NCBI GenBank assembly: GCA_965205025.1 | Contig: CBDBFU010000002.1 | Location: forward strand, 96,001 to 160,000 | DNA length: 64,000 nucleotides | Origin: Candidatus Poribacteria bacterium | GTDB taxonomy: Bacteria > Poribacteria > WGA-4E > WGA-3G | Direction of reading: 5' to 3' | In this document: positions 42,096 through 52,086 of the stretch, piece by piece | How positions within the stretch are numbered: position 1 is the first letter of the stretch | Layout of the letters: the number at the start of each line of letters is the position of its first letter | Made by a program: the position numbers and the translations under genes | Notes under the pieces: generated by a model | Told to the model about the DNA's origin: nothing | The model's input: only the letters and a program-made list of their open reading frames with translations | Databases searched by the model: none

Positions 42096-42872
42096 CTAAT
42101 AACTTGCTTTGATAGCCCCCCAAGAAGTAGAAACTTTGTTTGCGGGATCTACGGCAGTAACTGAGGATGTGAGTAGTTTTGCATCGCCTAATGAAGAATG
42201 ATCACACCCTAATCCATCGCCCCCATCTCCCATAACGATTGTGAGTTCTTTTGCATTTGCGGGAATATCAAATTCAACCTTGAGTGGTTCAACATTTTCA
42301 CCATCTGCAGACCCCGTCAGGGTATCGGTTTTAACAACTTCATCTCCATCAAGAGAAAAGACGAAATGGCTACTACCACCGTGTCCACATCCACCTGGAT
42401 CTTTTTCGTCGGACATTCCGGCATATCCTACAAATTTGACGTAATCTCCCCCGGTTAAATCGTAAACAAACGTACCGACAGAATGAGCACCAATGCCGCG
42501 TTCAAAATAAGTTCCACCGATTACGATATGGTTCCGTGTTGTTGCCCCTTCACCGATAGTGACATTATCAAAGTTTAGAGGACCACCCCATCCTGTCCAT
42601 TCCCCTGCAGGATTTTTTGGTATGAGACCACAAGCGTTTGGTTTCGGTTGACTTCCGCCAATTAATGCGAGATAAACAACGCCATCACGCGTATCTTCTT
42701 CAACGGTTTCATCATAATCATTTGCAACCCCAACATCTTCTGATCCGACCTTTGTGATAGGTACAGCACCGTCACCGTCAAGGTTAGTACAATCACTCTT
42801 GGCTGCATATAAGTTGAATGCAAGACCGATGATTAGAAGAGTAGACAGAATAAAGATATTAGTAATTTTCAT
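42096..42872 (-). CDS. secreted NPCBM/NEW2 carbohydrate-binding domain protein
   Basis: Signal peptide, GTYFERGIGAHS..YDLTGG.Y.KF..YAGMSD, and C-terminal AVDPANKVSTSWGAIKASY. Confidence 0.82.
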   Translation of the reverse strand: MKITNIFILSTLLIIGLAFNLYAAKSDCTNLDGDGAVPITKVGSEDVGVANDYDETVEEDTRDGVVYLALIGGSQPKPNACGLIPKNPAGEWTGWGGPLNFDNVTIGEGATTRNHIVIGGTYFERGIGAHSVGTFVYDLTGGDYVKFVGYAGMSDEKDPGGCGHGGSSHFVFSLDGDEVVKTDTLTGSADGENVEPLKVEFDIPANAKELTIVMGDGGDGLGCDHSSLGDAKLLTSSVTAVDPANKVSTSWGAIKASY

Positions 42873-43010
42873 TGTAAAAACCTCCAAAGATTAGTTTTAT
42901 GTATATACGAAATAAAGTGTAGATTAACTTCTATCTTGAGGAGACGAATCATTAGGATTCACCCCCTCAATCAGTTAAATTTATAAACAACAATAGTATG
43001 TTATCTTAGT

Positions 43011-43826
43011 TTAATAACTTGCTTTTAGTGAACCCCACGTTGTAGAAACTTTGTTTGCTGGATCCACGGCAAGTGCTTGTGAGGTTAGTAATTTGGCATC
43101 GCCCACAGTGGAATGGTCACATCCAATTCCGTCTCCACCATCTCCCATGACGATGGTAAGTTCCTTAGCATTATTGGGTATGTCAAATTCCACTTTGACT
43201 GCTTCGATATTTTCTCCACCTTCAGAACCCTTAAGAGTTTCGGATTTGAAGGCTTGTTTTCCATCAATAGAGAAGGTGAAATCGCTACTACCGCCGTGTC
43301 CACACCCACCTGGGTCTTTTTCATCAGACATTCCAACATACGCTTCAAATTTGACGTATTTCCCTCCAGATAAATCATAAACGAGCGTACCAATAGCATG
43401 ATTACCAAATCCACGGACAAAGAGTGTACCACCTATAACGATATGGTTTCTTGTGCCACCACCTTCACCGATAGTGACATTGTCAAAGTTTAGAGGTCCT
43501 CCCCATCCTGTCCATTCCCCTGCGGGATTCTTTGGAATGAGACCGCAAGCGTTTGGTTTGGGTGTATCTCCACCAATCAATGCAAGATAGACAACACCTT
43601 TCCGTTCATCTTCTTCAACGACTTCATCATAATCGTTGGTAACACCTACATCTTCTTTCCCTACCTCTTTAATTGGTACTGCTCCATCACCATCTATATT
43701 TGTGCAATCATCTTTTGCAGCATATACTGTGAAAGAGAACCCTATAATTAGAGCCATCATAATGAGTGTGAGAGATAACATACTACCTCTATCATTAATT
43801 GCCCTATACGTATTAACAATGTTCAT
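43011..43826 (-). CDS. secreted NPCBM/NEW2 carbohydrate-binding domain protein (tandem paralogue)
   Basis: Close paralogue of 42096..42872, with C-terminal AVDPANKVSTTWGSLKASY. Confidence 0.82.
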   Translation of the reverse strand: MNIVNTYRAINDRGSMLSLTLIMMALIIGFSFTVYAAKDDCTNIDGDGAVPIKEVGKEDVGVTNDYDEVVEEDERKGVVYLALIGGDTPKPNACGLIPKNPAGEWTGWGGPLNFDNVTIGEGGGTRNHIVIGGTLFVRGFGNHAIGTLVYDLSGGKYVKFEAYVGMSDEKDPGGCGHGGSSDFTFSIDGKQAFKSETLKGSEGGENIEAVKVEFDIPNNAKELTIVMGDGGDGIGCDHSTVGDAKLLTSQALAVDPANKVSTTWGSLKASY

Positions 43827-44108
43827 ATAAACCTCCATATTGAGAGAAAGTTAATTGTTTACAGGATCACAATGTTTACGACTGGCGCCAATTAACTACT
43901 TGTAAAATAATTAATGCTATTATGATTTTATTATCGGAAATATACCCTTTGTCTCCGATGGTAACTGTATAAGTTACCACACTCACATAAGATTGGAAGC
44001 ACCTGTCGAATTTACTTTGTATTATTAAGGTCTTACTTGCTATAAGTTGAGTGATAAACGATTTGACACAACCAAATTGACAAGCATTGAAAAACTCTCC
44101 AATGCAAC

Positions 44109-44158
44109 AAAAAAAGCCCGCGACGTAACACTCCGTGCGAGACGAAGTACGTGCGAGC
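44109..44158 (-). terminator. intrinsic terminator/attenuator upstream of the NPCBM genes
   Basis: Minus strand reads GCTCGCACGTACTTCGT..ACGGAGTGTTACGTCGCGGGC followed by T7. Confidence 0.6.
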
Positions 44159-44451
44159 GTGAAAGCAGGATAACCGCTAAAATTCTTAACGTTACTCTGT
44201 TGTAAATCGAAATAATAAATAACAGAAGTAAAGTTATATTTAACGAGGTGACGTGGGGGGGGTGAAAAACCTTGGGTTAAAGCAAAGCCTGCGACTATTT
44301 TACGTAGGCAGTTCCCGCTTGGACGATAACCTTTTAGCATATCTATTTTATATGGCAATTTTGCTTGTTGGTTTTTCATATTCAAATCCCAAATATCTGA
44401 AAACAAAACGAAATGTAAAGTCGTTTCTTACCCCATTCTATCCTTAGGTAT

Positions 44452-44486
44452 AATATACATTATATTTTGACAGATGTCAAAATATA
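44452..44486 (-). promoter_or_regulatory. sigma70 promoter (TTGACA-N17-TATATT) overlapped by a 26 bp palindromic operator
   Basis: TATATTTTGACA-GA-TGTCAAAATATA at 44461-44486. Confidence 0.55.
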
Positions 44487-44490
44487 TCTA

Positions 44491-44613
44491 ACAGGACTTA
44501 CGCAACTTAAGCAAAAAAGGTAAAATTTGACTTAAAAATCCGTCATTTCGGTGTTTTAACCCCCTAAATCCCCCTTATCAAGGGGACTTTAAGATGAAAT
44601 GCGTAAGTCCTGT
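44491..44613. mobile_element. MITE-like element with ACAGGACTTACGCA terminal inverted repeats
   Basis: 14 bp perfect inverted ends. Internal AACCCCCTAAATCCCCCTTATCAAGGGGAC. Homologous to 49458-49621. Confidence 0.8.
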
Positions 44614-44681
44614 CTAATTAATTCGCAAGAGTTCTTTAGAATTTACATTATCCTTTAATAACTCGTAAATTGGTAATAACA

Positions 44682-45101
44682 TTAACAGAGTTCTTGTGGG
44701 GAAAACACTATAGATAATTCGCGTTTTGCGTTTTCCAAACAATCGGATGCGTGTACAAGATTCTCAGTGATGTCAGTTGAGTAGTCTCCGCGGATACTTC
44801 CCGGTACCGATTCAAGTGGATCAGTTGCCCCATTAATAAGCCGTGCTAATTGAATCGCATTTTTACCTTCAACCCCGATCGCAACAATAGGTGTCGTGAT
44901 CATGAAATTGATGAGTTTATCATAAAAGGGTTGTCCTAAATGTACTTCGTAAAGTTCTTCTGCTTTGCTCCGTGACAATTGCAACAATTTCAACCCTATA
45001 AGTTTGAGTCCCTTTCGTTCATAACGGGAAATTATCTCTCCGACAAGTCCGCGTTGAACACCATCTGGTTTCACCAGAATCAGTGTCTTTTCTATTTCCA
45101 T
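44682..45101 (-). CDS. ndk: nucleoside diphosphate kinase
   Basis: KPDGVQRGLVGEII, PGSIRGD and NLVHASD. Confidence 0.98.
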   Translation of the reverse strand: MEIEKTLILVKPDGVQRGLVGEIISRYERKGLKLIGLKLLQLSRSKAEELYEVHLGQPFYDKLINFMITTPIVAIGVEGKNAIQLARLINGATDPLESVPGSIRGDYSTDITENLVHASDCLENAKRELSIVFSPQELC

Positions 45102-45233
45102 CTCAACTCCGTTTCAATGTTAAACTTGTTCCTATAATACTAATATAGTGTCTATTCTTGACACTTAACCTATTGAGAGTATATTATATTTACTAATTAT
45201 TGTCAAATCATTAAAAATGGATGCGTAGTAGAT

Positions 45234-46211
45234 ATGTACGAAAAATTAGGTGAGTCCGAACTGAAATCAGGAGAATGCATGGAGGTAGGCGTAATTCACG
45301 CGCCTGATGAACCGCATGCAGACGAAATAAAGGAATTCCTTGGACATAAACCGGGGAATTATAAATGGCATATTGAAAGATGTGTTGATGAACGGCTTGA
45401 TGATTTATCAACACTTTTCTATGTTGGGAAAGTGGATGGCAATGTAATTACCAATATCATGACTGTTGAACACGAAGGGATTGGAATTTTAGGGCATGTA
45501 TTTACACTGCCTGACCAACGTAGAAAAGGGGCATGTAAAGGCACCATGGTTCACCAGATGGAGCACTTTCGAGGACGGAATGGTCGTGCACTCTACTTAG
45601 GAACAGGATACGATAGTCATCCGTATCATATCTATCACGGTTTTGGATTTGATAGCGTTTTTCCTGAATCTGGTTTTATGGAATATCATGTGGAGCAGGA
45701 TTTTCTTGATGATTATTTCGCTGCATCTACAGCGTCTCCTAAATCGGTTGAATGGCATGATTGGCCGAAGTTGACCGCATTGTCTGGAATTGTTGGTGTA
45801 GATATTTTACGGAGTCTTGCTTGGAACATCTACGGTCCATCTAATCTTGAAGGTCCATTTCTATCCTTTAAACATATTCTTGAAACTGAAGATGTGTATG
45901 ATGATGCGAAACTACTCATCTCTGAGAATGGAGCGATCGTTGGTTGGGCAACGGTGTGTAGAGATAGAAAATGGCGTGATAATATTGCTCTTATGGATCT
46001 GTTTTTCCATCCTAATTTTACTGATTCTGTTCCTGATCTACTTTCTGCGGTGGAGTTTCCTGATTTAAAGGTTCAATGTTATGTTGATAGTACGTCTGTA
46101 AAGAAGACGGAGGTATTGGAAGCGGAGGATTTTTCTTGTGAGGGTGAGTTCAAAAATCAGTTTTCGTATGGTGGTGAGGAATATGATGTGTTGGTGTTTG
46201 GACGTGGATGA
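45234..46211 (+). CDS. GNAT family acetyltransferase (tandem GNAT folds)
   Basis: GHVFTLPDQRRKGAC acetyl-CoA motif and YHGFGF. Confidence 0.8.
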   Translation: MYEKLGESELKSGECMEVGVIHAPDEPHADEIKEFLGHKPGNYKWHIERCVDERLDDLSTLFYVGKVDGNVITNIMTVEHEGIGILGHVFTLPDQRRKGACKGTMVHQMEHFRGRNGRALYLGTGYDSHPYHIYHGFGFDSVFPESGFMEYHVEQDFLDDYFAASTASPKSVEWHDWPKLTALSGIVGVDILRSLAWNIYGPSNLEGPFLSFKHILETEDVYDDAKLLISENGAIVGWATVCRDRKWRDNIALMDLFFHPNFTDSVPDLLSAVEFPDLKVQCYVDSTSVKKTEVLEAEDFSCEGEFKNQFSYGGEEYDVLVFGRG

Positions 46212-46226
46212 TTTGCGATCTAAATA

Positions 46227-46340
46227 ATACTATTTCTATAGATGTTTATCCCATGCATAGATGTTAAGCATGTCTTGAAAAACCACACAAACTGGAAGTT
46301 TATGCTACATTAAAGAAACCCTAAATATCAGAAATGGTAT
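46227..46340. mobile_element. MITE-like element (ATACCATTTCT family)
   Basis: Uninterrupted homologue of 2363-2590 and 38774-38901, lying between convergent genes. Confidence 0.75.
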
Positions 46341-46352
46341 AACTACCTCTTT

Positions 46353-47342
46353 TCACTTTTTGCTTTTATTGAGCGTTGATTCAATCATAGCATGGGTATC
46401 AGGTTCACTACATAGACTGAGAAAAATTTCATGTTCCAAGTCCAACAAGTACTGTTCTGTGACGAACTGTGGTTCTGAAAGTCTACCCCCACAGATAACA
46501 TACGCCAACTTTTCAGCAAGAGACTGCTCATAATCGTTTATGGCGTCTTCCTCTCTCAATTTCTGAACATGTAGATTTATATAGTTTATCCCTTCCTCAC
46601 CTAATACAAATATATTTCGTGGTTGATGTGGCTGATAATTATTGTTACGGAGTGATATGACAAGTTGTTTTGCATCATGTAGTAGGTTTGTTCTATCGGC
46701 AGTGATTAGATCAGATTCACGAAGGAAACCGAGTTTTTTTGCTTCAGCACTGTTTTCTGAAACTTTGGCTTCACGGATGGTGTCAAATGCCTCCAATAAA
46801 TTCGGCATTATCTGCTGAATCGGTGTTGATGTGTTTTTACCATCTAAACAACGGAATGCCATTTCTGTAGTACCACCACCACCGGGGATCAGTCCAACAC
46901 GAAGTTCAACGAGTCCAAGTTTGCTGTTCGTATGTGCTTGTATAGCGTCTGCTCCGATGGCAAGTTCACATCCACCCCCGAGTGCCATACCTGCTGTAGC
47001 TGCTACGACAGGTATTGATGAAAGACGTAGACGCGTACAAACCTTCTGCAGGTTTCTTAGTGTATTTGAAATTGCCTGCCAGTTTTGACTTTGTGCGCGT
47101 TCCAGTAATAGTTTAAGGTTGAGACCTACAGAAAAATGGTATGCTTCTGTACCGAGGATCAAACCTGAATAATTCGTTTCTACTTCGTCCAGGGCAGAAT
47201 TAAGCATTGATAGCATGCTATCTTCTATAATGTTCAACTTACCATGCAATTCAAGATAGGCGATACCATCACCTATGTGAAAAAGGCTTGCTTCTGCACT
47301 GGTTTTAATGGGTTTAGTATCTGATGTTTTGATTGTTGACAT
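46353..47342 (-). CDS. enoyl-CoA hydratase/isomerase family protein (like the C-terminal half of FadN-type proteins)
   Basis: FSVGLNL, ALGGGCE, GLVELRVGLIPGGGG and EQYLLDLEHEIFLSLC. Confidence 0.88.
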   Translation of the reverse strand: MSTIKTSDTKPIKTSAEASLFHIGDGIAYLELHGKLNIIEDSMLSMLNSALDEVETNYSGLILGTEAYHFSVGLNLKLLLERAQSQNWQAISNTLRNLQKVCTRLRLSSIPVVAATAGMALGGGCELAIGADAIQAHTNSKLGLVELRVGLIPGGGGTTEMAFRCLDGKNTSTPIQQIMPNLLEAFDTIREAKVSENSAEAKKLGFLRESDLITADRTNLLHDAKQLVISLRNNNYQPHQPRNIFVLGEEGINYINLHVQKLREEDAINDYEQSLAEKLAYVICGGRLSEPQFVTEQYLLDLEHEIFLSLCSEPDTHAMIESTLNKSKK

Positions 47343-47390
47343 TCCAATGATTCCTTTAATAGTTAAAACTCGCTATAGGTGTATGATGGG

Positions 47391-47789
47391 TTACGCATCA
47401 AAAATGTATGTGATTTCGTCAAAAGAATCTCGAGCAAATGTGAATATGAAAACCAGGGGTTCTTTTCCCGTGCAACGGACGGAATGTTTAGCATTGGGTG
47501 GTATGTAGATTGTTGATCCTGCGCAGACTTCTGCTTGAGAATCGTCAATTTGCATGAGTCCATTCCCACTGATGATGTAATAGGTTTCTTCTGGTTCGTG
47601 GTGATGTAGTAATAGTGATTCGCCGGGTGGTATTTCAGCTATTCCCGTTACTATTCCGCTACTTGGCATGCGTTCACTTGTGATTAGAAGCTTCCAGCGT
47701 ATAGGACTTTTTGCAGCAATTTCTGGGTCATCCCAACCTTCCCACTCAAGTTCGGACTGATTGAGGATGATAGGTTTCACAGATGTCAT
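47391..47789 (-). CDS. cupin domain protein, DddK/DddW-type DMSP lyase-like
   Basis: RWKLLI..SSG...GIAEIPPG..LHHHEPEETY...YIPPNAKH...F.FA.DSF.EI.Y.F. Confidence 0.7.
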   Translation of the reverse strand: MTSVKPIILNQSELEWEGWDDPEIAAKSPIRWKLLITSERMPSSGIVTGIAEIPPGESLLLHHHEPEETYYIISGNGLMQIDDSQAEVCAGSTIYIPPNAKHSVRCTGKEPLVFIFTFARDSFDEITYIFDA

Positions 47790-48239
47790 AATACTTCCTA
47801 TTCTTTGGATTATACAGATACGGATTAGTTATTATACAGCAATAGGTGTATGGTGACAATTCAATTATGATCTGAGGGTGTGTAAAGTTTTTGTCACTAA
47901 ACCTTATGCTGCTATTGGTCTGGATACCAATATTTATCTCAAGTATCATCTTTAGTTTTCATCTCAACTGTAATTATGTTAGATGTATGGATACTGTATA
48001 TTGTAAAAAACTGTTAATATTTGTCGTTTTGAGATGGTCTCACATTCACGGAAACCTTCACGGAGCATTTTTGCGAGCCCTTATTCTATAAGGGTTTATA
48101 ATTTTAACTATACCCATTCTCCGTGAATCACATACGTTAACTGTTATATAACTTAAATGCGTATGAACTGTATTTCTGGTTTTCAAATGAATACAACATT
48201 TCTATTTGTTCAACTTCCGTTTGCGTCCCATTCCTCTTC

Positions 48240-48283
48240 TGTAGGAGCGACCTCCTGGTCGCGACCGGGAGGTCGCTCCTACA
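48240..48283. repeat. GTAG-type REP doublet palindrome
   Basis: TGTAGGAGCGACCTCC-TGGTCGCGACCG-GGAGGTCGCTCCTACA. Confidence 0.8.
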
Positions 48284-49147
48284 AGTAAAGTGTCTAAATT
48301 ATATCTAAAGTTTACTATATTTACACACCCTTTAGCGTTCTTTATATTCATCCAATGGGTTATTATACTGTAAATTCCTCGTTTCAACTTATTAACAATA
48401 GTAATATTTATGTTATTTTAATGTTGAAAATAGTTACACTTTTTGTCACACGGTGTGACATTGATAAAACCTCTCTCCCGTCAGTACTATACTGGGTTTA
48501 GAGCCACTTTTTTAATGTCACAAGAATTTGTCACTGTGACGATTTTTGTGTCTTTTTCTTTACTTTTGATCCATTGATTTGGAATCGTTTGAATGTGAAA
48601 CATCTTATCCATCCATTTTGACATGGTATTAGAACATATCCCATAAATCATAGATTTGGAGGATTCTTTGTACGTGCAATTTGCTATATTTTGAACCAAC
48701 GGACGGGGAAACACTAATTCTATGAAGAGAATTATATCTGTATGGACGATTCGTAGTAATGAGATACACTGTAGTTTACTGTTGTGCATGATAGTCTGTT
48801 TTGTTTGAAGTCGGTCTAATTTTTAGTTTTTCAAGTTTTTTTAGTTGCTTTTTAAGAAATGCTTTTTTAATGAGCCGTAAACCCTGTTGGGGGTTGGGAT
48901 AACAAAGGATTTGATTAATAGGTGTAAAATTTTAAAATTAGAAAAACTAAAAAAATATTCGGTTGAATTCGTATTGATTTTCCTCCGTATCTGCTTTTTT
49001 AGCCTCTTACTATATATGTTTTGAGAACGATTCTCAAAAGTTTGCAATTCTGAATATTTTTGTTGTAGTTCTAACATGGATAATCCTATACTCCAGATAG
49101 TGAATTTAGTTAAATGTAGCAGGAAGTTAGAAGTAGCAATAATGAAA

Positions 49148-49256
49148 GTACCATAAATGTTTATCTCATGAACAGATGTTATACATGGCTTGAAATGCTG
49201 CACAAACTGGAAGTTTATGCTACATTAAAGAGATTTTCAATGATGGGAAACGGTAT
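49148..49256. mobile_element. degenerate MITE-like element (ATACCATTTCT family)
   Basis: Contains CACAAACTGGAAGTTTATGCTACATTAAAGAGA with eroded ends. Confidence 0.6.
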
Positions 49257-49457
49257 TCTATAGAATTATGTATTCTGATCCAGTTTCGAATATAATCAAT
49301 CCCGTGAAATCCTAAGTACTGTGTTAGTTTTAGTTTAATATAATTGAACGATATAGTATTGTACAATTTTATTTTCATTTTGACAAATATTTTTATGTTA
49401 TTGTGATATATGTATATTAGTTGTTAGATATTCATGTTTTCTTCATTTTATTTTTAT

Positions 49458-49621
49458 CAGGACTTACGCAGTTTGTGAAGAAAATAGGAGATTTTAGTCA
49501 AAAAATCCGACAATTAAGTACTTTTTGTTTTTTAACCCCCTAAAGAATCAACGGTATGAATGCCTTAGGGCATTCCCCGCCCCTTATCAGGGGAACTTTA
49601 AGAGGAAATGCGTAAGTCCTG
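49458..49621. mobile_element. MITE-like element (CAGGACTTACGCA ends) carrying a ~35 bp insertion
   Basis: Homologue of 44491-44613 with extra GAATCAACGGTATGAATGCCTTAGGGCATTCCCCG. Confidence 0.8.
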
Positions 49622-50023
49622 TTTCTTCAATAAATATACTTTAGGTAAATCCGAAAGGGTCATTAGTGTAGTGAGAATAAACTGTAAATCGGTAAATTCT
49701 GATTGGATTTATTTGTAATTGAGATTTCATTGGTGTTTATTATAGTGGCAAAGAGTTTACGCACCTATGATCTGATTTCAAGGGTATTGAAACAACGATA
49801 ACCAACTTACAAGTCAATGCAATACTGCTCGGATACGCGATCGTGACATTGGGATTTATTACACGATTGAGCAATGAGTTTTCTGGTTTTACATTAGGTG
49901 TATTCCTGAATCAATGTTAGGTCGTCCATTGATGTCGTTCAAATATATGATCATAGCATAAGACAAAATAGAAATATCAAACTTATTACAAAAAGTTAGA
50001 TAGGACAAGTCTTGAGTTTAATA

Positions 50024-50052
50024 TTGACATAATATTACCATCATGTTATGAT
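50024..50052 (+). promoter_or_regulatory. sigma70 promoter of the defence-like operon
   Basis: TTGACA-N17-TATGAT with a TG extended -10, about 80 bp upstream of 50131. Confidence 0.7.
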
Positions 50053-50130
50053 TATCCAAAATTGAATTAGTCTAAGAATATCTATTGCGCGCATCTCACC
50101 TTAAGATTTCTTAAATTCTGAATTAATATT

Positions 50131-52086
50131 ATGATTACTTACAAAGAATGGAATAAAGCACTTATTTCCTATTTTTTTGAAAAACGAGAACCTGGGGAAA
50201 TAGTCTTTCTACACACGACTTCTGAAACATTACCTGATATTGTGAAGCATGCAGGTTTTGATGTTGCGGATGCTGAAGAAAGTTTGAAGGAAACAGTAAG
50301 AAAACAGGTTATATTAAACAGAATCATTCCTACCGATGAGATTTGGCTTCGCAGGATCTCTCCTGCAGAAAAAGAACCTCCGCACATGGCTTTCCTTGCC
50401 CTTTGTGTACTCGCTGCAAGTAATATGGAAAAATCTGAAGAAGCCTCTCATACCAATTATTATGTGCAATTAAACAAACTACTGTTTGACAAATCGAATG
50501 GAGGAAAACCAAAAGGACTCAAATATCAAGATTGGGAAGAAAACTGGATATATCTCCAAGATTGGGTGAAAGATAAGCATGACGTAGAACTATATCTGAC
50601 AGAAGGTCATCCAAAGTATGTTTGGTATCCGATTTCGCAATGTCTGATTAGTAAATATGACGAACATAAACTTCATACTATTTTTAAGGAAGCTAAACTG
50701 AAACCTGGAGCATACCTTGCCGAGAAACAACTTTTTGACATACTTCGTATAAGCAAATATTTTCAAAATCTTTCAGTGAAAATAAAACGACCTTTAGAAC
50801 AAAAAACTGCTGAAATCCGATTGATTTTAGGTCAAGTCCAATTGCTTTTAGAAAACTGGGATGGTATAGTACAGGAGAGAAAGAAAATCGGATGGGCAGA
50901 AGAACGTAAGACTTACATAATTGATGTCCAACTAAAATTCAATCCATTCAGATCCGAACAAATTGATCAGCTTCGCTACTGGTTTAGATGTAGACGAAAC
51001 CCTCAAATTACTTTCAAAGCCAATTCACTAAACGTAAAAACTCTACAGTCAGATGATGGCAAGTGGTTTGAACCATTCGTTGTGGATGCTGATATTTCAA
51101 CACTCCAAGTACTGCAAAAAGGTATTGATATCAGATCTGAAGAAGCAAAATCGTTAACTTATCAGTTAAAACCTAACAATATTTGGGTTTTCCGGAACGA
51201 ATCAGAACCAGATGAAGGTTGGTTTAGCAAAGGGAACCTTTTGCTACACGAAGACCACCGTATAGTATTTCGCAAAGAACGTCGTAATCGAGTCACATCA
51301 ATATTGGAAATTGTATGCGAACCATTTAATCCGCCACAATCAATTTACATTGACCGTGAAGAAACAAATTGGCAATTTGTTGATGTTAAGCCAACAGTTT
51401 TAGCCAAATCAGATATTTTAGGATATCGTATAACGACATCAGAGCAAATTAGTTTTGTTGGTGGATTGCCTTTAGACAGACGAAAAAACCAATATTTTGA
51501 CTTTTGCCTTCCTACGATTGTTGTTCCTGACTACTATACAGTATCCGATGAACCTCTTTATTTCAATGGTAAAGCAATGAATGTACCAAGTAACCGAAAA
51601 ATTGTGCTTACTAAGAAACTTGATCCGGGTGAATATGAACTCTCCTATCTAATAAATTCTCGACCAAAATTGCGCGTTGTTTCTCTCAAACGCTCATGTG
51701 ATTTTGAAACTCAAACCTTTGTAATCAATATTGATCTTAATTCTAAGGATCCTCCTTTTTTCAAGGAATGTAATCTTGCCGAGATTTCAGATGATTCAAA
51801 ATTATGGCTTTCAGGAGCGAAGTTTTTTGGAGAAGACAAAATCCCGCGCTTGCCAAATGGTGGCAAAGGAGTATCTGCTTTGTCTGCTGCTGAACTTGTC
51901 TCGTCAATTGTGAAAGTCGCAATGGAACTAAAGCAGGATAATATTGATCTTCCAGAGTGGTTAAACAACGCAATGAATATTCTAAATCAAGACATAGCAT
52001 TACAAGCACTCGTAAAAAAGAAACTATATGATTACCGAGAAATTGCCCTGTCATATCAAGAACTCTCCGCTTTGGGAGGTGATTGA
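50131..52086 (+). CDS. hypothetical protein, first gene of Druantia-like operon
   Basis: 651 aa ORF whose end overlaps the next start. No catalytic motif recognised. Confidence 0.8.
   Translation: MITYKEWNKALISYFFEKREPGEIVFLHTTSETLPDIVKHAGFDVADAEESLKETVRKQVILNRIIPTDEIWLRRISPAEKEPPHMAFLALCVLAASNMEKSEEASHTNYYVQLNKLLFDKSNGGKPKGLKYQDWEENWIYLQDWVKDKHDVELYLTEGHPKYVWYPISQCLISKYDEHKLHTIFKEAKLKPGAYLAEKQLFDILRISKYFQNLSVKIKRPLEQKTAEIRLILGQVQLLLENWDGIVQERKKIGWAEERKTYIIDVQLKFNPFRSEQIDQLRYWFRCRRNPQITFKANSLNVKTLQSDDGKWFEPFVVDADISTLQVLQKGIDIRSEEAKSLTYQLKPNNIWVFRNESEPDEGWFSKGNLLLHEDHRIVFRKERRNRVTSILEIVCEPFNPPQSIYIDREETNWQFVDVKPTVLAKSDILGYRITTSEQISFVGGLPLDRRKNQYFDFCLPTIVVPDYYTVSDEPLYFNGKAMNVPSNRKIVLTKKLDPGEYELSYLINSRPKLRVVSLKRSCDFETQTFVINIDLNSKDPPFFKECNLAEISDDSKLWLSGAKFFGEDKIPRLPNGGKGVSALSAAELVSSIVKVAMELKQDNIDLPEWLNNAMNILNQDIALQALVKKKLYDYREIALSYQELSALGGD

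Noticed and set aside
43876-44406. 176 aa minus-strand ORF
   Set aside because: No convincing SD or protein-like features, and it runs through a terminator hairpin. More likely a non-coding leader.
47800-50020. ORFs 48487..48789 and 48841..49203 and other fragments in the AT-rich gap
   Set aside because: No motifs or SD, and they are interleaved with repeats. Possibly decayed genes but not identifiable.
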